NCBI GenBank assembly: GCA_026770705.1
Contig: JANJGN010000018.1
Coordinates: 12,400,001-12,464,000, forward strand
Length of the DNA stretch: 64,000 bases
Source of the DNA: Isurus oxyrinchus
Taxonomy: Eukaryota
Direction: 5' to 3'
A program made the translations under genes and the position numbers. The stretch's first letter is position 1. Each line of letters begins with the position of its first letter. Below the pieces are notes generated by a model, which did not search any database, had not been told where the DNA came from, and was given only the letters and a program-made list of their open reading frames with translations. Below, piece after piece: positions 12,600 to 25,639 of this stretch.

Positions 12600-13157
12600 A
12601 AAAAAATAACCTGGATTCAGATTCTTGAGTTGCTGTGGTGCAAGTTACCTCTTGTTCACTGGGTTATTATTAGTCCAGGCCTTTGGATTACTTGGAAAAG
12701 AAGGAGTCAAGATTTTTGTAACATGTCAGCCAAAGTAAAGTGGCCCACAAGTTGTATTACACTGCTATTAGTAGATCAAGAGGGCCTATCAATTTCTGCT
12801 TGAGGCAACTCTGGATAGACAGTAAATGTCAGCGGTGCCCATGTCTTGAGAACTAACAATAAAAAAAGACTTAGCAGGTGCATGTAGGTATGAAAAAGAT
12901 AGTTAAAACCAGCTGATCTGCCACAGCCCTTTTCATTAATCAGCTTCAGCAGAAATTTAAAACTTTTGACATGTCTGTTCGGTTGAACTTAGTGGATGTC
13001 AATTGTTAAGATGCTTTTTAGGAGGTGGGGAAGAGGCAGCGTTAAACCATTTGTAGTTGTGGCTTCGAGTAGAGCAGCCAATGTTTTGTACTCTTATAGT
13101 CTAACTGTGTTATAACTAATTTAGCTTAATTTATTCTGTTTCGAATAATTAAACTAC

Positions 13158-13398
13158 TTTGAAGATGAGGAGAGGGGTTCTCCTCCGTGACCACGACCAA
13201 TATCCCTCAACCAACAACACTAAGACATATGATTGGTGGTCATCATAATGATGTTCCTAGGACCTCACTGTGCTTAAATTTGGCTGTTAGGATTCCTCCA
13301 TTACAACAGCGACTACACTTGCAAAGTACTGTATTGGCTGCAGAGAGCTTTGAGGCATCCTGGGATAATGAAAGGTGCTACAGAAATGCAAGTTTTTG
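13158..13398 (+). mobile_element. Deu-domain SINE 3' half
   Basis: TATCCCTCAACCAACA...GACTACACTT...GAAAGGTGCTACAGAAATGCAAGT. Confidence 0.8.
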
Positions 13399-13481
13399 AT
13401 TTTGTTTGATAGACTATGTACCGGTAAATGAAGTAGTGGTAAAAGTATGCATCAAAGGGAATAAGTGGCATGCAACTGTAT

Positions 13482-14077
13482 GGCCAGGATTGTTAGGTTG
13501 GCAAGACGGGAGCGGGGCTGCTCGCCGACATGTAAAATGACGCAGAATGACATTGGGCGATTTTCAGATCGGCGGGGGCGCAGCCAAATCAACCGTGCAC
13601 CCGCTGACCTGTCAATGGCTTATTGAGGCCATTTACAAAGTAATTGAGATAATTAATGGAGCTGCCCATCCAACCTTAGGGTATGCGGGCAGGCCGGGAG
13701 CTCTGGCGGGCTTCAGAAAAAACATGAAACCTCATCCACGGGCGGGATGAGGTTTCATGAGGGTTTTTAAAAATTTAATAAAAGTATGCTTTGAAGTGAT
13801 GGACGTGTGCCAGTGTCACATGAGGGGACATGTCAGGGAAATTTTATTTTTGCACCTGCACTGTTTTTAAATTTGGCACCGATCTCTGTGAGGCAGCACT
13901 TAGTTTCAGGGAGATGAGTGTGCTCTTTCACACGCATGCACGAAAGAGCACACTCTTGGCTGAGGGACTCCCCCCCGGCCATGCCCGCAAAGGGAGTGCA
14001 TAGTGCTTCCTGGCAGACATCATGCTGGGCCCGCTCCTGCATTTTCCCCTCCCCTGACAGGGGGGAAAACTCTTCCC
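13482..14077. mobile_element. PIF/Harbinger MITE
   Basis: Ends GGCCAGGATT / AAAACTCTTCCC; 3-bp TSD TAT (13479-13481 and 14078-14080); inverted homologue at 32795-33198. Confidence 0.75.
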
Positions 14078-14744
14078 TATGTTAACAAGTGGGAAATTGC
14101 TGGCCATTTCCGCCCCAGGATTTATGGCTTGCCCAGCAATAGGTTTGGAGCCCACCTCGGGGTCTATACTTATGCCTCTGCCTGGATTCTCTAATTCTTC
14201 AAAGGACCCTTTTAAGACCCTTTTAAAATTACAGCTCAGGCTGTCTCAGCTGCTGACTCACCAATTAGTTGTTTACCAGCATTTGTCCCACCCCTCCTGC
14301 ACTAACAGGCATCCAAGATGAACCTAGAGCATTACAGGCATTCTCTAGTTTAATTAGACATTTCAGCAAGATCAGCAAATGAGCAACTCATTACTTAGGC
14401 TGGAATCAGTGACTCACAGATTTTTGGGGTTCTTCTGTTTATTGTTGTAGTTCCAACCGCTTACATAAATAGTTGGAGATTATGCCGTGGAGAACAGTTG
14501 CGAGACTGCATCTGGTAAATGGCTCTTGGTCATGTGACAGACCTGAGTCAGTCTTTTATTGATAATGCGTCAACTGGTGTGGTAACTGTACTGCACTGTT
14601 CTTGTTTAATGCAGGATGACAAAAAAACGTCTTTAAACAGTGCCCAACGGTGATCCAGGTCCCCTATAAAAAAATGTCCAAATTGCACATAACCTTCATT
14701 TTTTTTCCTGCTGAAAATTGGCTCCAAAGATGCTTTTATGGAGC

Positions 14745-15162
14745 AAGCCTTTGGCTTGGTGCTAGAAACCCTGCCCTCTCAGTCAGAAAGTTTGAAAGTA
14801 ACCCTAGAAAACTTTGTCTAGCGAAGACATAGATAATGGTCTCTAAATACTGGGTCGACATCTCTCGATACTCACATCTGAAATGTTAAACCAAGGCCTC
14901 CTCTGGTGGATGCAAAAGATTCCAGGGCGTTATTTCAAAGAAAATTAGGGTAGCTCTCCCTGGTGTCCTGGTCAACATGTATCCCTCAATCAACAGCACA
15001 AAAATGGATTATCTGGTCATTATTACATTGCTTTCTGTGGGAGCTTGCTGTGTTGGTGATCGCATTTCCTACATTACAGCCAATGAGGTATAGTGACTGT
15101 TGTAAAGTGCTTTAAGATATCTGGTGGTTGTGAAAAACACTATATAAATGCAAGTCTTTTTT
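14745..15162 (+). mobile_element. Deu-domain SINE
   Basis: Degenerate head, core GGTGTCCTGGTCAACATGTATCCCTCAATC...GATTATCTGGTCATT, tail TATATAAATGCAAGTC. Confidence 0.85.
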
Positions 15163-15924
15163 AAACCTCCCCTCCTCAAAATACTCCCGGAAATTGGTAA
15201 AATACAGATTTTAAAGATTCTGGAAAATATTTCAAAGCAACAGAAAATACTTTCAGAGAATAAAATAACTGCTTGTTTAAAATTATATTTGCTTTAGAAT
15301 TGATGTGATTTTTTTTCACAAAGTTAGTTCCATTTCCCCCTCTTTTAAGAATGACAGATTATCATCAGAGAATAGGTACATTGATACGGGGCTTTTTTGA
15401 GGATGTGGTATTTGCTTGGCTCACTCCTGTTGGTATGGGTGCAATTGGAAGATGGCTACATTTTCCAACAGTTGTATCTGTTGAACTGAAGGTAACCTCA
15501 ATTATACATTCCCCATCAACAGAATGTCTAGTTAAGGAGAGCAGCTGTAAACCTTCAGGATAATATGTGAGGCCTTACTCCTAGTCCTGAAGAGATTAAT
15601 AGTGGCCTCTGGCTGCAGGTTGTTGACTAATTAGAGATCCTTTTACTTCTGGCTGATGTAGCTTGATTGAAGTTATGGCCAATTTTTCTTCCATTAAATT
15701 CAGATTTACGTTGATCTATATGCAATAAATTCTAATCTGCTGTTAGCAAGTAGAAATGAAAGCACTTGTTTCAAAATCTTTGACTTATAAATGGTTATTT
15801 GGTTATGTTTTAATTGTGATGCAGCACACAAGCTTGTCATGTAACTAGATGAAATGTTGCAACATGATCGGTGTTTCCCCTGTGTAGCGATCTTTCCACA
15901 AAAGGTGAGGATGCTGTCAATGTC

Positions 15925-16110
15925 ACAGTAAAGGAGGAGGGGTTTAGAGGAACTGGATAGGATAGATGTACTTTAAAGGTTGGCAGTGCTCAAGGTAGAA
16001 AAAGTCAGTAGAAAAGGAGACTGTAAATGTTACACCTCTTCGAAACAAAGGGGAGGGATAAATCTGGCAACTAAAGGCCAATCAACCTAATGAATTTATA
16101 AAGACTATCG
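15925..16110 (+). mobile_element. Decayed CR1 ORF2 internal fragment
   Basis: Remnant of the NVTPL...KG...GNYRPI motif (AATGTTACACCTCT...GGCAACTAAAGGCCAATC). Confidence 0.5.
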
Positions 16111-16144
16111 TCTGAGTCTGAATGAATTGTTACTTGGAAAACAT

Positions 16145-17372
16145 AAAAAGAGTGTCTTGCATTTATATTGCACCTTTCATGACCACCACATATGTAAAAA
16201 GAGCTTTACAACCAGTGAAGCAGTTTTGATGTGTAGTCATTTTTGTAATGTAGGAAACACAGCAGCAAACTCCCTCAAACAGCAATTTTTAGTGATGTTA
16301 ATTGGGGGATAAATATTGCCTAGAGCCCCCAGGATAACTCCCCCTGCTCTTCTCTATGAAATAGGGCCTTGGGATCTTTTGCATCCAGCTGAGAGGACAG
16401 ATGGGGCCTTGGTTTAATGTTTCATCTGAAAGGCGGCACCTCCACCAATTCAGTGCTACACTGGAACGTGAGCCTTGATTTTTGTGCCTACGTCCTGGGG
16501 CTGTATTTTACGTGCTGGACGTGTTTTGAGTGGGGGAGGCATGTAAAATAGGGCTGGTGCCCACCCCCACCACCTTCCCTCCCACCCTGAGCTGACCACC
16601 GCCCCCCCCCCCCCCCCCACCCCGCCCCCATAATACTGGGGGTGGGTGGGTGCCATAATCAGCAGCCCACCCACCATATTTAAATAATTAATCAATGATC
16701 AGTTAGACTTGTTACCAAGCCAATTGACCTTGATATTATGCTGCCCGCACCATAAAATGTTTGGCGCGGGCAGTTGGGCTGGAGCGGGTAGCCCAATTTT
16801 TTTTTTGACCATGTTCTTCAAATGGTGGGAAGGAAGCAGGGTGTTCGATCTTTGGGGCTGCCATTTGCTGATCGGTGGGTGGGGGTTGGAGGGGGGTGCT
16901 CTCTGTCCCCCTGAGGTGGAACCCCCCCCCCCCCTTACTTCCTAACCGCCCAACAGCCTTAAGCCCAACCCCTGACCCCCTCTTGACCTACCCAGACCCT
17001 CCCTGCCCAAGACTCTGGACTTGCTCCTCCAGGGATCCAGGGCCTTCTTCCTTCTTCTTTCGCAGTCCCAGCCGCAGCCACTGATGCGCTCTTGGTGCTG
17101 CTGGGACTGGCGGACCTGCCTTCCAATGCAATTGGTCAGCATCTCCAGTGGGCAGGACTCCCTCCCCAGGCTGGGGTCGAAGTCCCATGCGGCCCTGGTT
17201 TAACCCATCCGCAGCGCATTATAGCATCTGGGAGGGCCGGGTTTGCTTCGGGGGTGGGTTGCGCGATGGGCTTCCCACCTCCACCTCCCATATTATTCAA
17301 CCCCTGGAGTGGGACTTCAACCCAGAATCGCTGTTTCAGAGGCAAAAGTGTGACCAAATGAACCACAGTTGA
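16145..17372 (-). mobile_element. Deu-domain SINE interrupted by a MITE
   Basis: Body at 16145-16497 and tRNA head at 17304-17372 are contiguous once 16498-17303 is removed. Confidence 0.85.
16498..17303. mobile_element. PIF/Harbinger MITE
   Basis: Ends GGGCTGTATTTTA / TATTATTCAACCC; TSD CTG (16495-16497 and 17304-17306); GC-rich body. Confidence 0.8.
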
Positions 17373-17387
17373 TATTACAATATGGGT

Positions 17388-18240
17388 TTATTAACGACAG
17401 TCACTATGGATTTGCCAAAGGCAAATTTGTCTGACAAACTTGATTGAGTTCTTTGATGAAGCAACAGAGAGAGTTGATGAGAGTAGTGTGGCTGATGTTG
17501 TGTTTGTGGACTTCCAGAATGTATTCAATAAAGTGCCACATCTTTGCAAAATTAAAACCCATGGGATTGAAGAGATAGAGAAAATTGGATACAAAATTGA
17601 CAGAGACAGAAAGCAGCGGTTCTACTGGTGAACTGTGGTTTTTCAGATTGGAGGGAAGGTGACAGTGTCCCCCAGGTGCCAATATTAAGACCACATATTT
17701 TTGGTATATAATGATGACCTGGACTTGAGCACAATTTTAAAGTTTACAGTTAACATTAATCTTGGAAATGTAATTAACAGTGTGGAAGATAGTAGCAAAC
17801 TTGAGAAAGACATAGAGAAACTGGTAAGATGGATAGAAACATGAAATTTATTGCAGTGAAGTGATGCATTTTGGGAGCAATAATCAGTACAGGAGATAAA
17901 TTAAAGGGTAAAATTTTATTTAGGGGCAAGAACAGAGATACTTGGTCGTGTAAGTACACTGTACTAATAACTGGGGAACACAGATTCAAGATAATTGGTA
18001 AAAAGAATCAAAGGGGAGATGAAACAAAAGAGATGATTTTTTTTACACAGCAAGTTGTTATGATCTAGAATTTAGTACTGAGTGGAAACAGATTCAAAAG
18101 TAACTTTGAAATGGGAATTGGATATATACTTTAAAAGGAAACAGTTACAGGGCAGAGGAGTGAGACTAATTAGATAGCTCTTTGAAAGAACCAGCACAGG
18201 AATGATGGGCCAAATGACCTCCTTTAGCATTGTCATACTG
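17388..18240 (+). mobile_element. Decayed CR1 LINE (RT + 3' end, internal deletions)
   Basis: IEFFDEATERVDESSVADVVFVDFQNVFNKVPH; tail GATGGGCCAAATGACCTCC. Confidence 0.88.
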
Positions 18241-21200
18241 GCAAAATGAGGTGAGGCCATGAGTGGTAGAGTTAAATTAAAAGCGAAATGTACTCAAATG
18301 TTCTCAGACACGTGACTATAAAAGGAGACAAAAATCCTATGTATCTGATGTGATTTAATAAGGACTGATAAAAGTATATTTCTCACAGATTTCACATAAT
18401 GGCTTAAGATGTAAGGCTATGTACATTTCTATCTCTACCTTGTGATGAAGCATATCAGAAGTTGGACTAGATTAATTTAATTCTTCTGCAGGAACGTTAG
18501 TTTTGAGCAGTGTTTTGGACACAGCAGAGATTTCCAATAAAGACTCTTTGCCAAATTTCTCTGGCTGTGTGACAGAAAATAAGTGCAGAATTCATTTTTT
18601 GTTTTCTCTCTGTTCCTTTATGAGATCAAGAACTGTAACCAGTTCCTGCAGCCCCAGTGGGACTGCCACCCAAAGTGAGGACATTCATTCTTTGTTGTTC
18701 CACATTCCAAGCCCACCTCTCAGTCTAATTCACTCCTTTATATATGCATAGACCAATGGTGGAATAATATTTCCGTATCAAGTCCTACCAGCACAGCTTG
18801 TCTTGTTAGTTGTTCCCTATAGCAATACTATGACAAATAGTCTATTTTCTGATAAATTGCTCTCCAGCGTATATAGCTTAGGAGTAAGAATTGTTTTAAA
18901 GATGTAGTACTTGAGCCTTAGAAGCTTTAAAAATAAATTATGTATTTTTCTGCAGCACATTTTACTTGGGAAAGAGGAACACTTTAGATTAAAGTATTGT
19001 TTCAATAATCCTTTTAAGGCTCTTATACATGATGAGCCATATACAAATGTGAGTTGCTTTTGCTTCCAACATCTGTACTGATAAAACTTATATTTAGCTG
19101 AGCAGATGAGAAATTGTGAGTGCACCATGAATAATTTTCAGTTGCAGAATTTTAAATTCTAGCTGCTATGTTTTATTGCAGCTTTAATTGTATAGTATTT
19201 CTCTCTTGCCATCCTTCCCCTTAGTTTGTTGAAGTTCCTTAGCCCTTTCTTTGATGCATCCATTCTTTGTTGGCTCATAGAGCCAATAATCACCAGAGAT
19301 GAAAATACAGAACCTTCTCAGAGTAAGTCTTTAGTCTTCCAAAATATTGCTGGCAGGTTTTTGACATTTGAAAACTAAAGATTACATTGGTACTTATAAA
19401 TATTTATCTGATTGCCAGAGGTCTGCATTCCCTGTGGACTATGCAAAATTGTTTGTATCAGTAAAATGAAAGCCAAATTGCAAAGACTTTGACAAGGCAA
19501 AGAGAAATTGTGTATTGATTTAAATGCCAGGGAACTGGATCTTATGCGCAATTGCACAATTCTACCTCTGTAAATCAGTGGGTCCTCATGAAGGGAAATA
19601 AAGCTTATTGTTTTATTCCATAAGAAGTTCCTTAGGAGAACTGTACAGAAATTGTACTAAATTAAGAGAAGCTCTTTTTTAGTTTTGACTTTATCGTGGG
19701 AACAGAATATAAGACAGAACAGTTTTGAGCTATTTTCAATGTGATAACATCATACCTAACTGGCACAATGATGCTTTTGCAAAGCAGTGGCATGTTTTGA
19801 CGTAAAACATCAGATGTTTTCCAGATACTTCAACGAAAGACCACAGTTTAAAAGTCCTTTCCCACCTGCATTCTTGTTCCCAGCAGATCATAATAAACAC
19901 AGAGGTCTGTACCTTGTAACAGCTTCAGCCAGCAGTGAATGATATTGTTTGCAGGCTAAAGATAGGCGGCTGACTAGTTCAATTTTGGTTCTGACCAGCT
20001 GACTGGTTGCTACAGATTTTCTTTTCACAACAGTATTCTCACAAGTCACATAGGATTTACATATGAACTTGCAAAGTTCATGGCAGGAAAATAACGTCTA
20101 GTCCATTGAGTCTGCTCCACACAATGATGGCTGGAGCATCATGACTAAATTTATCTTCCCTCCCCCCATTCCCACAGCTAGAGTATAGCCACTTTGAAGA
20201 ATGGGTCATGAAATGTGGAAGGCTGACACAAATCTTATGCAAATATAGGTTAATGCTGCATAGCATCAATAAAACATGTCTAGCTATCTCTATTGTTGTG
20301 ATCCCCATAGGGGATACATGAGCCAAAATAACCAAATTTACTGAATGACCCCAAGTGAAGAAATTAACAAGATTTCACTTTTTGTAGTTTCTACTTTAAC
20401 ACAATCAGAACCGACACAAATTACACATGAATTAACAGGCAAAGGTAAATTTCATTTTAAATAGTCCATACGACAAACATACAACTCATGCAATGACAAG
20501 CACCCACATCTCTCCCTGCACAAATGTGGCACCATGTCACAGTCTTACCAACTCGCCTCCTGGTATGTAGGATCTCTCACTTTCTCGTCAATTTGGCCCT
20601 TGAGTCGCATTCATCAGCAGCTGTATTCCATCTGAGGTCCCCAGATATGGTTACATGTCTACGATCCCCCTCTTACTTGGATCATGTCAGTCCTGATGCG
20701 TAGTTTGCCAGAGTTCCTTTTTAACCGACCAACCAACCAACAATATCTGGTTCACTTACTGGTTCTCTGATACAAACTCTCAGCTCTTTTGCATTCTTGA
20801 ACTATTAACAGTGCATTTAAGGTTCAGTCCCGTTTAGCTCAGTCATACATTGTCTCTCCATTAGCTTCTGGAATTCTATTTTCTTCTTACTGCCAAACAG
20901 AAAACTGACCTTTTCTAGAGAGCTCGGCTTGCTCTTAAAAACACCAAGAATTTGATAACTGTGTTTCGTTGCAGCATTTTTTGTGCCTGTATTCGTGTGC
21001 TGATCGCCTTTTGCCTCAAGCTCTCCTTTTGTGTCTGCAGCTCTCCTTTGTGTCTGACAGCCACATTTTAAAGAAATTCCAGATTTTCTTTACTGTACTG
21101 CTTCCGGGTCAATGGTCATTACACTATACTAATTATTATCTATTCCCTCCAGTATCTACAACCGGTGAAAGATAAAGAGCAACCCAAACATTCAGGTCAA

Positions 21201-21344
21201 ACAGAGGAATTAACCACATACATACAGTAATGTATGATGCATGTTTGTGATTTTACTTTTCAATCAAGAGTCAGTTTCTTCAGCACAAGTTACTGCAGGG
21301 GGGTTTGCAACATTTAATTCATACGAACGAAGCTGGCTGTAAAG

Positions 21345-21735
21345 AAAACAACTTTGCAGTTGGTATAGTACTTTTAAAGTATAGTCACTGTTGTCATGTA
21401 GGAAACACTGCAGCCAATTTATGCACAGCAACCTCCCACAAACAGCAATGTGATAATGACCAGATAACCTATGTTAATGATGCTGGATGCAAGATAAATA
21501 TTGACCAGGATACCAGGGAGGAGTCTATTTTGAATAGTGCCATGGGATCTTTTATGCCCTTCTGAGAGAGCAGGCGCGCTTAACAAGTCATCTGAAAGAC
21601 TCAGACTGCGTGGCATTGGCTCAGTACTGCCCTAAACTGCCATTCTAGATTTCGTGCTCCAGCTTCTGGAGTAGAACTTGAATCCACATCTTTCTCGCTC
21701 AAAACTGGGAGTGTTATAAAATGAGCCACAGCTGT
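21345..21735 (-). mobile_element. Deu-domain SINE
   Basis: GTAGGAAACACTGCAGCCAATTT...TGATAATGACCAGATA...GGAGTAGAACTTGAATCCAC head. Confidence 0.88.
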
Positions 21736-22084
21736 AGGATACTATGCTGCTTGTCACCTTATACACGACATGATATCACAATATAGATATGGGTTATCTT
21801 TGTCCCTCTTGATAGGTAATGATATTCTGGAAGGTTACTGATGCTGTTGAGTCCTTCAGAAATCTTGAGATTGTGATTGAGGATTGTAGCACAATTAACA
21901 ACAGTTTTTTTTCCAGTGCAGGTAGAGGGAGGACCTTATGGAATAAATTTTTCCGGGTTGCACTCCTGCCTTGGAGGAAGCTGAAGGTAGCAATACTGCT
22001 ATAGGCTTATCCCCGATCTGCACTTCTGTCTAGTGAAGCTTTGTGCTGGGGTATTCCCTTACTTTCAGTTTACCTGTTCTCCTT

Positions 22085-22345
22085 GGTTCACTGGCGTCAT
22101 GCCTCTGAATCAGAAGGGCTTTTGTTCAAGGCCCAAGCCAGAGGCGTGAGCACATAATCCAAGCTGGCACTTTAGTATAGTACTGGGAGAGTGCTGCACT
22201 GTCTAGGTGCCATCCTCTGAATGAAACAGGAAACTGAGGCCCCAGCTGTTCTCTCAGGTAACTTAAAGTATATTATTCTGATATTTCAAGAAGGGCAGGT
22301 GAGTTCTCCCCAGAGTCATTCTTCAATCAACTTCCAACCAATCAC
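22085..22345 (+). mobile_element. Deu-domain SINE 5' part
   Basis: GCCTCTGAATCAGAAGG...GAGCACATAATCCAAGCTG...GAGTGCTGCACTGTC. Confidence 0.75.
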
Positions 22346-23163
22346 CCCAAGGGTGATTGAAAAACCAACTCTATGTATCTAGTTGGAAATGGGCTATGCA
22401 TGCTTGTTGTATGCTTTTTAGCATATAACATTTGACTTGAAATGAAATATAATCTGATATCAGTTTAGTTGAAGTCATACACCTGATTCCTGTATGCTGG
22501 AAAGTGTAACCATCAGTTGAGGACAGGATCAACCTCAGCTGCGATTGCCCCAGAGTCATTGTCTAGACTTACACATGTAGGTTTGCGACTCAGACTTAGT
22601 GACCAGCAACTGAGCGCTACATTCCAAGATTAGCCACCACCTCAATGGCAAACAGGGCCAAGAGAAAGAAATTGAAGGAAAAAGCTTCCTTTGTCAAAGC
22701 AATGATCTGCTTAACTAAATAGGCAGTAATTGAATTAATAGGTTCCGATAATACCCTAAACTCTGAAACTGATAACACACCGACCATACAGCAAGAGTCG
22801 AAACCCAAACTTTCCTTAACATTAACATCATAAATCCTCACTCCTTAATCAATGATATCTTCACTGGTGAGACCTTCCAGCTAAGGACCTGGTCCAGCGA
22901 TTTCTTGCTCTTTGAAGCTTCAACAGACTCCTTAATAGCTGCTGAAGACTTGGTATTCTGCAACCTCCAAGAATAGCAGCTTTCCTGAATTCACCTTTGA
23001 CCAACGCTGTGACATTTGAGTAAGCTGATTAGTCTATTACTTGGCAGACACTGCCAAGCCTCCAGACAAATGGTCCTATTAAGTTACCTTTCTGACACAT
23101 AAGCTCGCAATCACGTGCTTTAAGCATTTATTGTGCTGTCATGGAATTAAATACTAACATAAT

Positions 23164-23568
23164 GGATTGAATTTTCCCAGTCCACTAGCAATGAGCTGGG
23201 AGGTGAGAGGACTGGGAATATTGGGGGGAGGTGGTTTCAGGAAGAGAGCCCGGCGTTCTTCCTGTCACCGTGGCAATAGCCTGCCCCGCCTGGCCCTGGC
23301 TTCCCCCAACCAAACTCATCACTCTTTGAGAGTGACTAGCCATTGAATAGCCCTCTCCATTGTGATGCAGCCTCAGCAATAGCCACTGCCTCAGCTCTTG
23401 GGGCAGACTGCCATCCTCAATTGCCATCCTCAAGAAGCCTCAGCAATGGCTTCTTAATTGGTCGCTGCTGGCAAAATGCTGTCCCAGGGTCTCAACACTG
23501 ATTGGAGCGGGCTCACCTCCCACATTCAGCCCCGGTGGGACCTCAAGGTCCCCTGAAAAATTCAGCCC
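23164..23568. mobile_element. PIF/Harbinger MITE
   Basis: TIRs GGATTGAATTTT / AAAATTCAGCCC; TSD AAT on both sides (23161-23163 and 23569-23571). Confidence 0.75.
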
Positions 23569-23824
23569 AATGGCTGAATTTTCAGAAATCTCGAAGATAT
23601 GGGAAAACCTGGCAAATTTTCAAAGCACCTTTAGGACCAATGTTGATCTGACAAGTTTTCTGTCTAGGCAGAACAAAGCTTTTAAAAGACAGAGTTTAGT
23701 TCTGGTGCAGTCCATAAAAGTCAATGAGGAGCAAGTTTCTTACCTAAGACAGTAGTCAATTGAAATTCCCTATTAGGTGACTTGCTTTGCATATTACACT
23801 GAATTATATTTGTAAGCCCTTCAT

Positions 23825-24140
23825 CATTTGTGGGTGATTCCAGAACAAGGGGACATAAATCTTAGTTAGTCACCAACAGATTAAGTAAAGAATTTTTTTT
23901 AGAAATTTCTTTATACAGAGAGGTGACAATGTAGAACTCATTGCCAAAATGCAGTGGTACTGTATAAACAAATAGCAACTCTGAATTTAAAAGGACGATT
24001 GAAAGAGAAAGAAATAGAAAGATGTTGGGTTAGAAAGTGGTAATTAGACTGGGAGGGGGCTTGAGTGGAGTATAGACACCGGCATAGACCAGTTGGGCTG
24101 AATGTCCCGTTCCTCTGTTGTATGTTCTTTGCAATTCATT
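23825..24140 (+). mobile_element. CR1 3' fragment
   Basis: AGAACAAGGGGACATAAATC and tail ATAGACCAGTTGGGCTGAATG. Confidence 0.65.
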
Positions 24141-24159
24141 AACAGCACCAACTAAGATA

Positions 24160-25160
24160 CTTAGTATAGGGTGTTGGTGACACCATATCTGGAGTACTGT
24201 GTACAGTTTTCGACTCTATACTTGAGAAAGGCATAATAATAATAGCGTTAGAAGCAGTTGAGAAAAGGTTCACTCTGCTGATTCCTGGGATGAAGGGGTT
24301 ATCTTATGAAAAAAGGCTGGATAGGCTGGGCCTGAATCCATTGGAGTTTAGAAGAATGCGAGGTGATCTTATTGAAACACATAAGATCCTGACGGGACTA
24401 CACATGGTGAATGCTGAGAGGATGTTTTCCCCTAGACTAGAACTGAGGAACACAGAGATGAGGAGATTTTTTTTTCTCTCAGAGGATCATTAGTCTGTGG
24501 AATTCTTTTCCCCAGAGAGCACTGGAGGCAGGGTCCCAGAATCATAGAAAGTTTATGGTGCAGAAAGGGGCCGCTTGGCTCATCATGTCTGTGCTGCTCA
24601 AAAAACGAGCCAGCTAGCCTAGACCAACTTTCCAGAATTTGGTCCGTAGTCTGGCAGATTAAGGCACTTGAGCTGCATATCCAGGCACCTTTTAAATAAG
24701 TCGAGGGTTTCTACTGTTTCGGGCAGTGAGTTCCAGACCTCCACAACCCGCTGGGTCAAAAATTATTTCCTCATCTCCCCTCTAATCCTTTTACCAATCA
24801 CTTTAAATCTATGCCTCCTAGTCACTGACCTCTCTGCTGAAGTAAATAGGCCCTTCCCATCAACTCTATCCAGATCCCTCATAATTTTCTACATCTCAAT
24901 CAAATCTCCCCTCAGCCTTCTCTATTCCAGGAAGAATGACCCCAGCCTATCCAATCTTTCCTCAGAGCTGCAATTGATTATTGAATATTTTGAAGGCTGA
25001 GTCAGTTGGATTCCTGATTGGCAAGGGAGTCAAAGGTTATCTGTGGTAGACAGAAAAGTGATGTTGAGGCCACAATCAGATCAGCCGTGATCTTGTCAAA
25101 TAGCAGAGCAGGCTCAAGGGGCCGAATGGCCTATTCCTCTTAATTCGTATGTTTGTATGT
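24160..25160 (+). mobile_element. CR1 3' region interrupted by an opposite-strand CR1
   Basis: MKGLSYEKRLDRLGL...RRMRGDLIETHKIL; resumes at about 24980 and ends GGGGCCGAATGGCCTATTCC...GTATGTTTGTATGT. Confidence 0.88.
24537..24975 (-). mobile_element. CR1 3' fragment nested in another CR1
   Basis: Starts AGAATCATAGAAAG (reverse of a 3' microsatellite tail); includes the reverse of RLRGDLIE. Confidence 0.85.
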
Positions 25161-25264
25161 AGTAACAAAACAAGAATCAGATTCCAGGTAAAGGTTATCT
25201 AAATAAGATCAATACAAAACCCACAAAATCACTAAGTAAGTTTAGAAAAAGTGGATTGTCTCTG

Positions 25265-25495
25265 TAGAACATAGAATTAGAATTACATAGAATGTATAGC
25301 ACAGAAACAGGACTTTTGGTCCAGCAGGACTATGTTGATTTACAGGCTCCATGTGTGCATGTTCCCACTCCACTTCATTTAATTCTCTTAGCATAATCTT
25401 CTATTCCTTTTACCTTCATGGAAGTCTAGATTCCATCTAAATGCATCTATGCTATTAACATCAAACTATTCTTTTGTGGTAGTGAGTTCAAATAC
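25265..25495 (-). mobile_element. CR1 3' tail
   Basis: AGAATTACATAGAATGTATAGCACAGAAACAGG, the inverse of the tail at 27270-27312. Confidence 0.7.
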
Positions 25496-25639
25496 ATTAT
25501 TTTCCTTTTGTACTATGAATTCTGATAAGAAGCACATTTTTAAGGCTGCCTTGCAAAGTTTTCAACAATTCTATCTAATAGTGCTGAACATAGCCTCAAT
25601 GGTGGTGGGTTACTCTTAAGTGATTAATAGTGTCCAGAA

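Larger units (their letters stand above)
10530..12690 (-). mobile_element. Meta-like SINE split into three pieces by CR1 and Penelope insertions
   Basis: The pieces 10530-10620, 11528-11660 and 12600-12690 join into the same order as the intact reverse copy at 3840-4135. Confidence 0.7.

Noticed and set aside
16560-16650. G-quadruplex or CpG-island promoter (also 39645-39680 and 49882-49900)
   Set aside because: Simple C/G runs, mostly inside TEs, with no supporting gene structure nearby.
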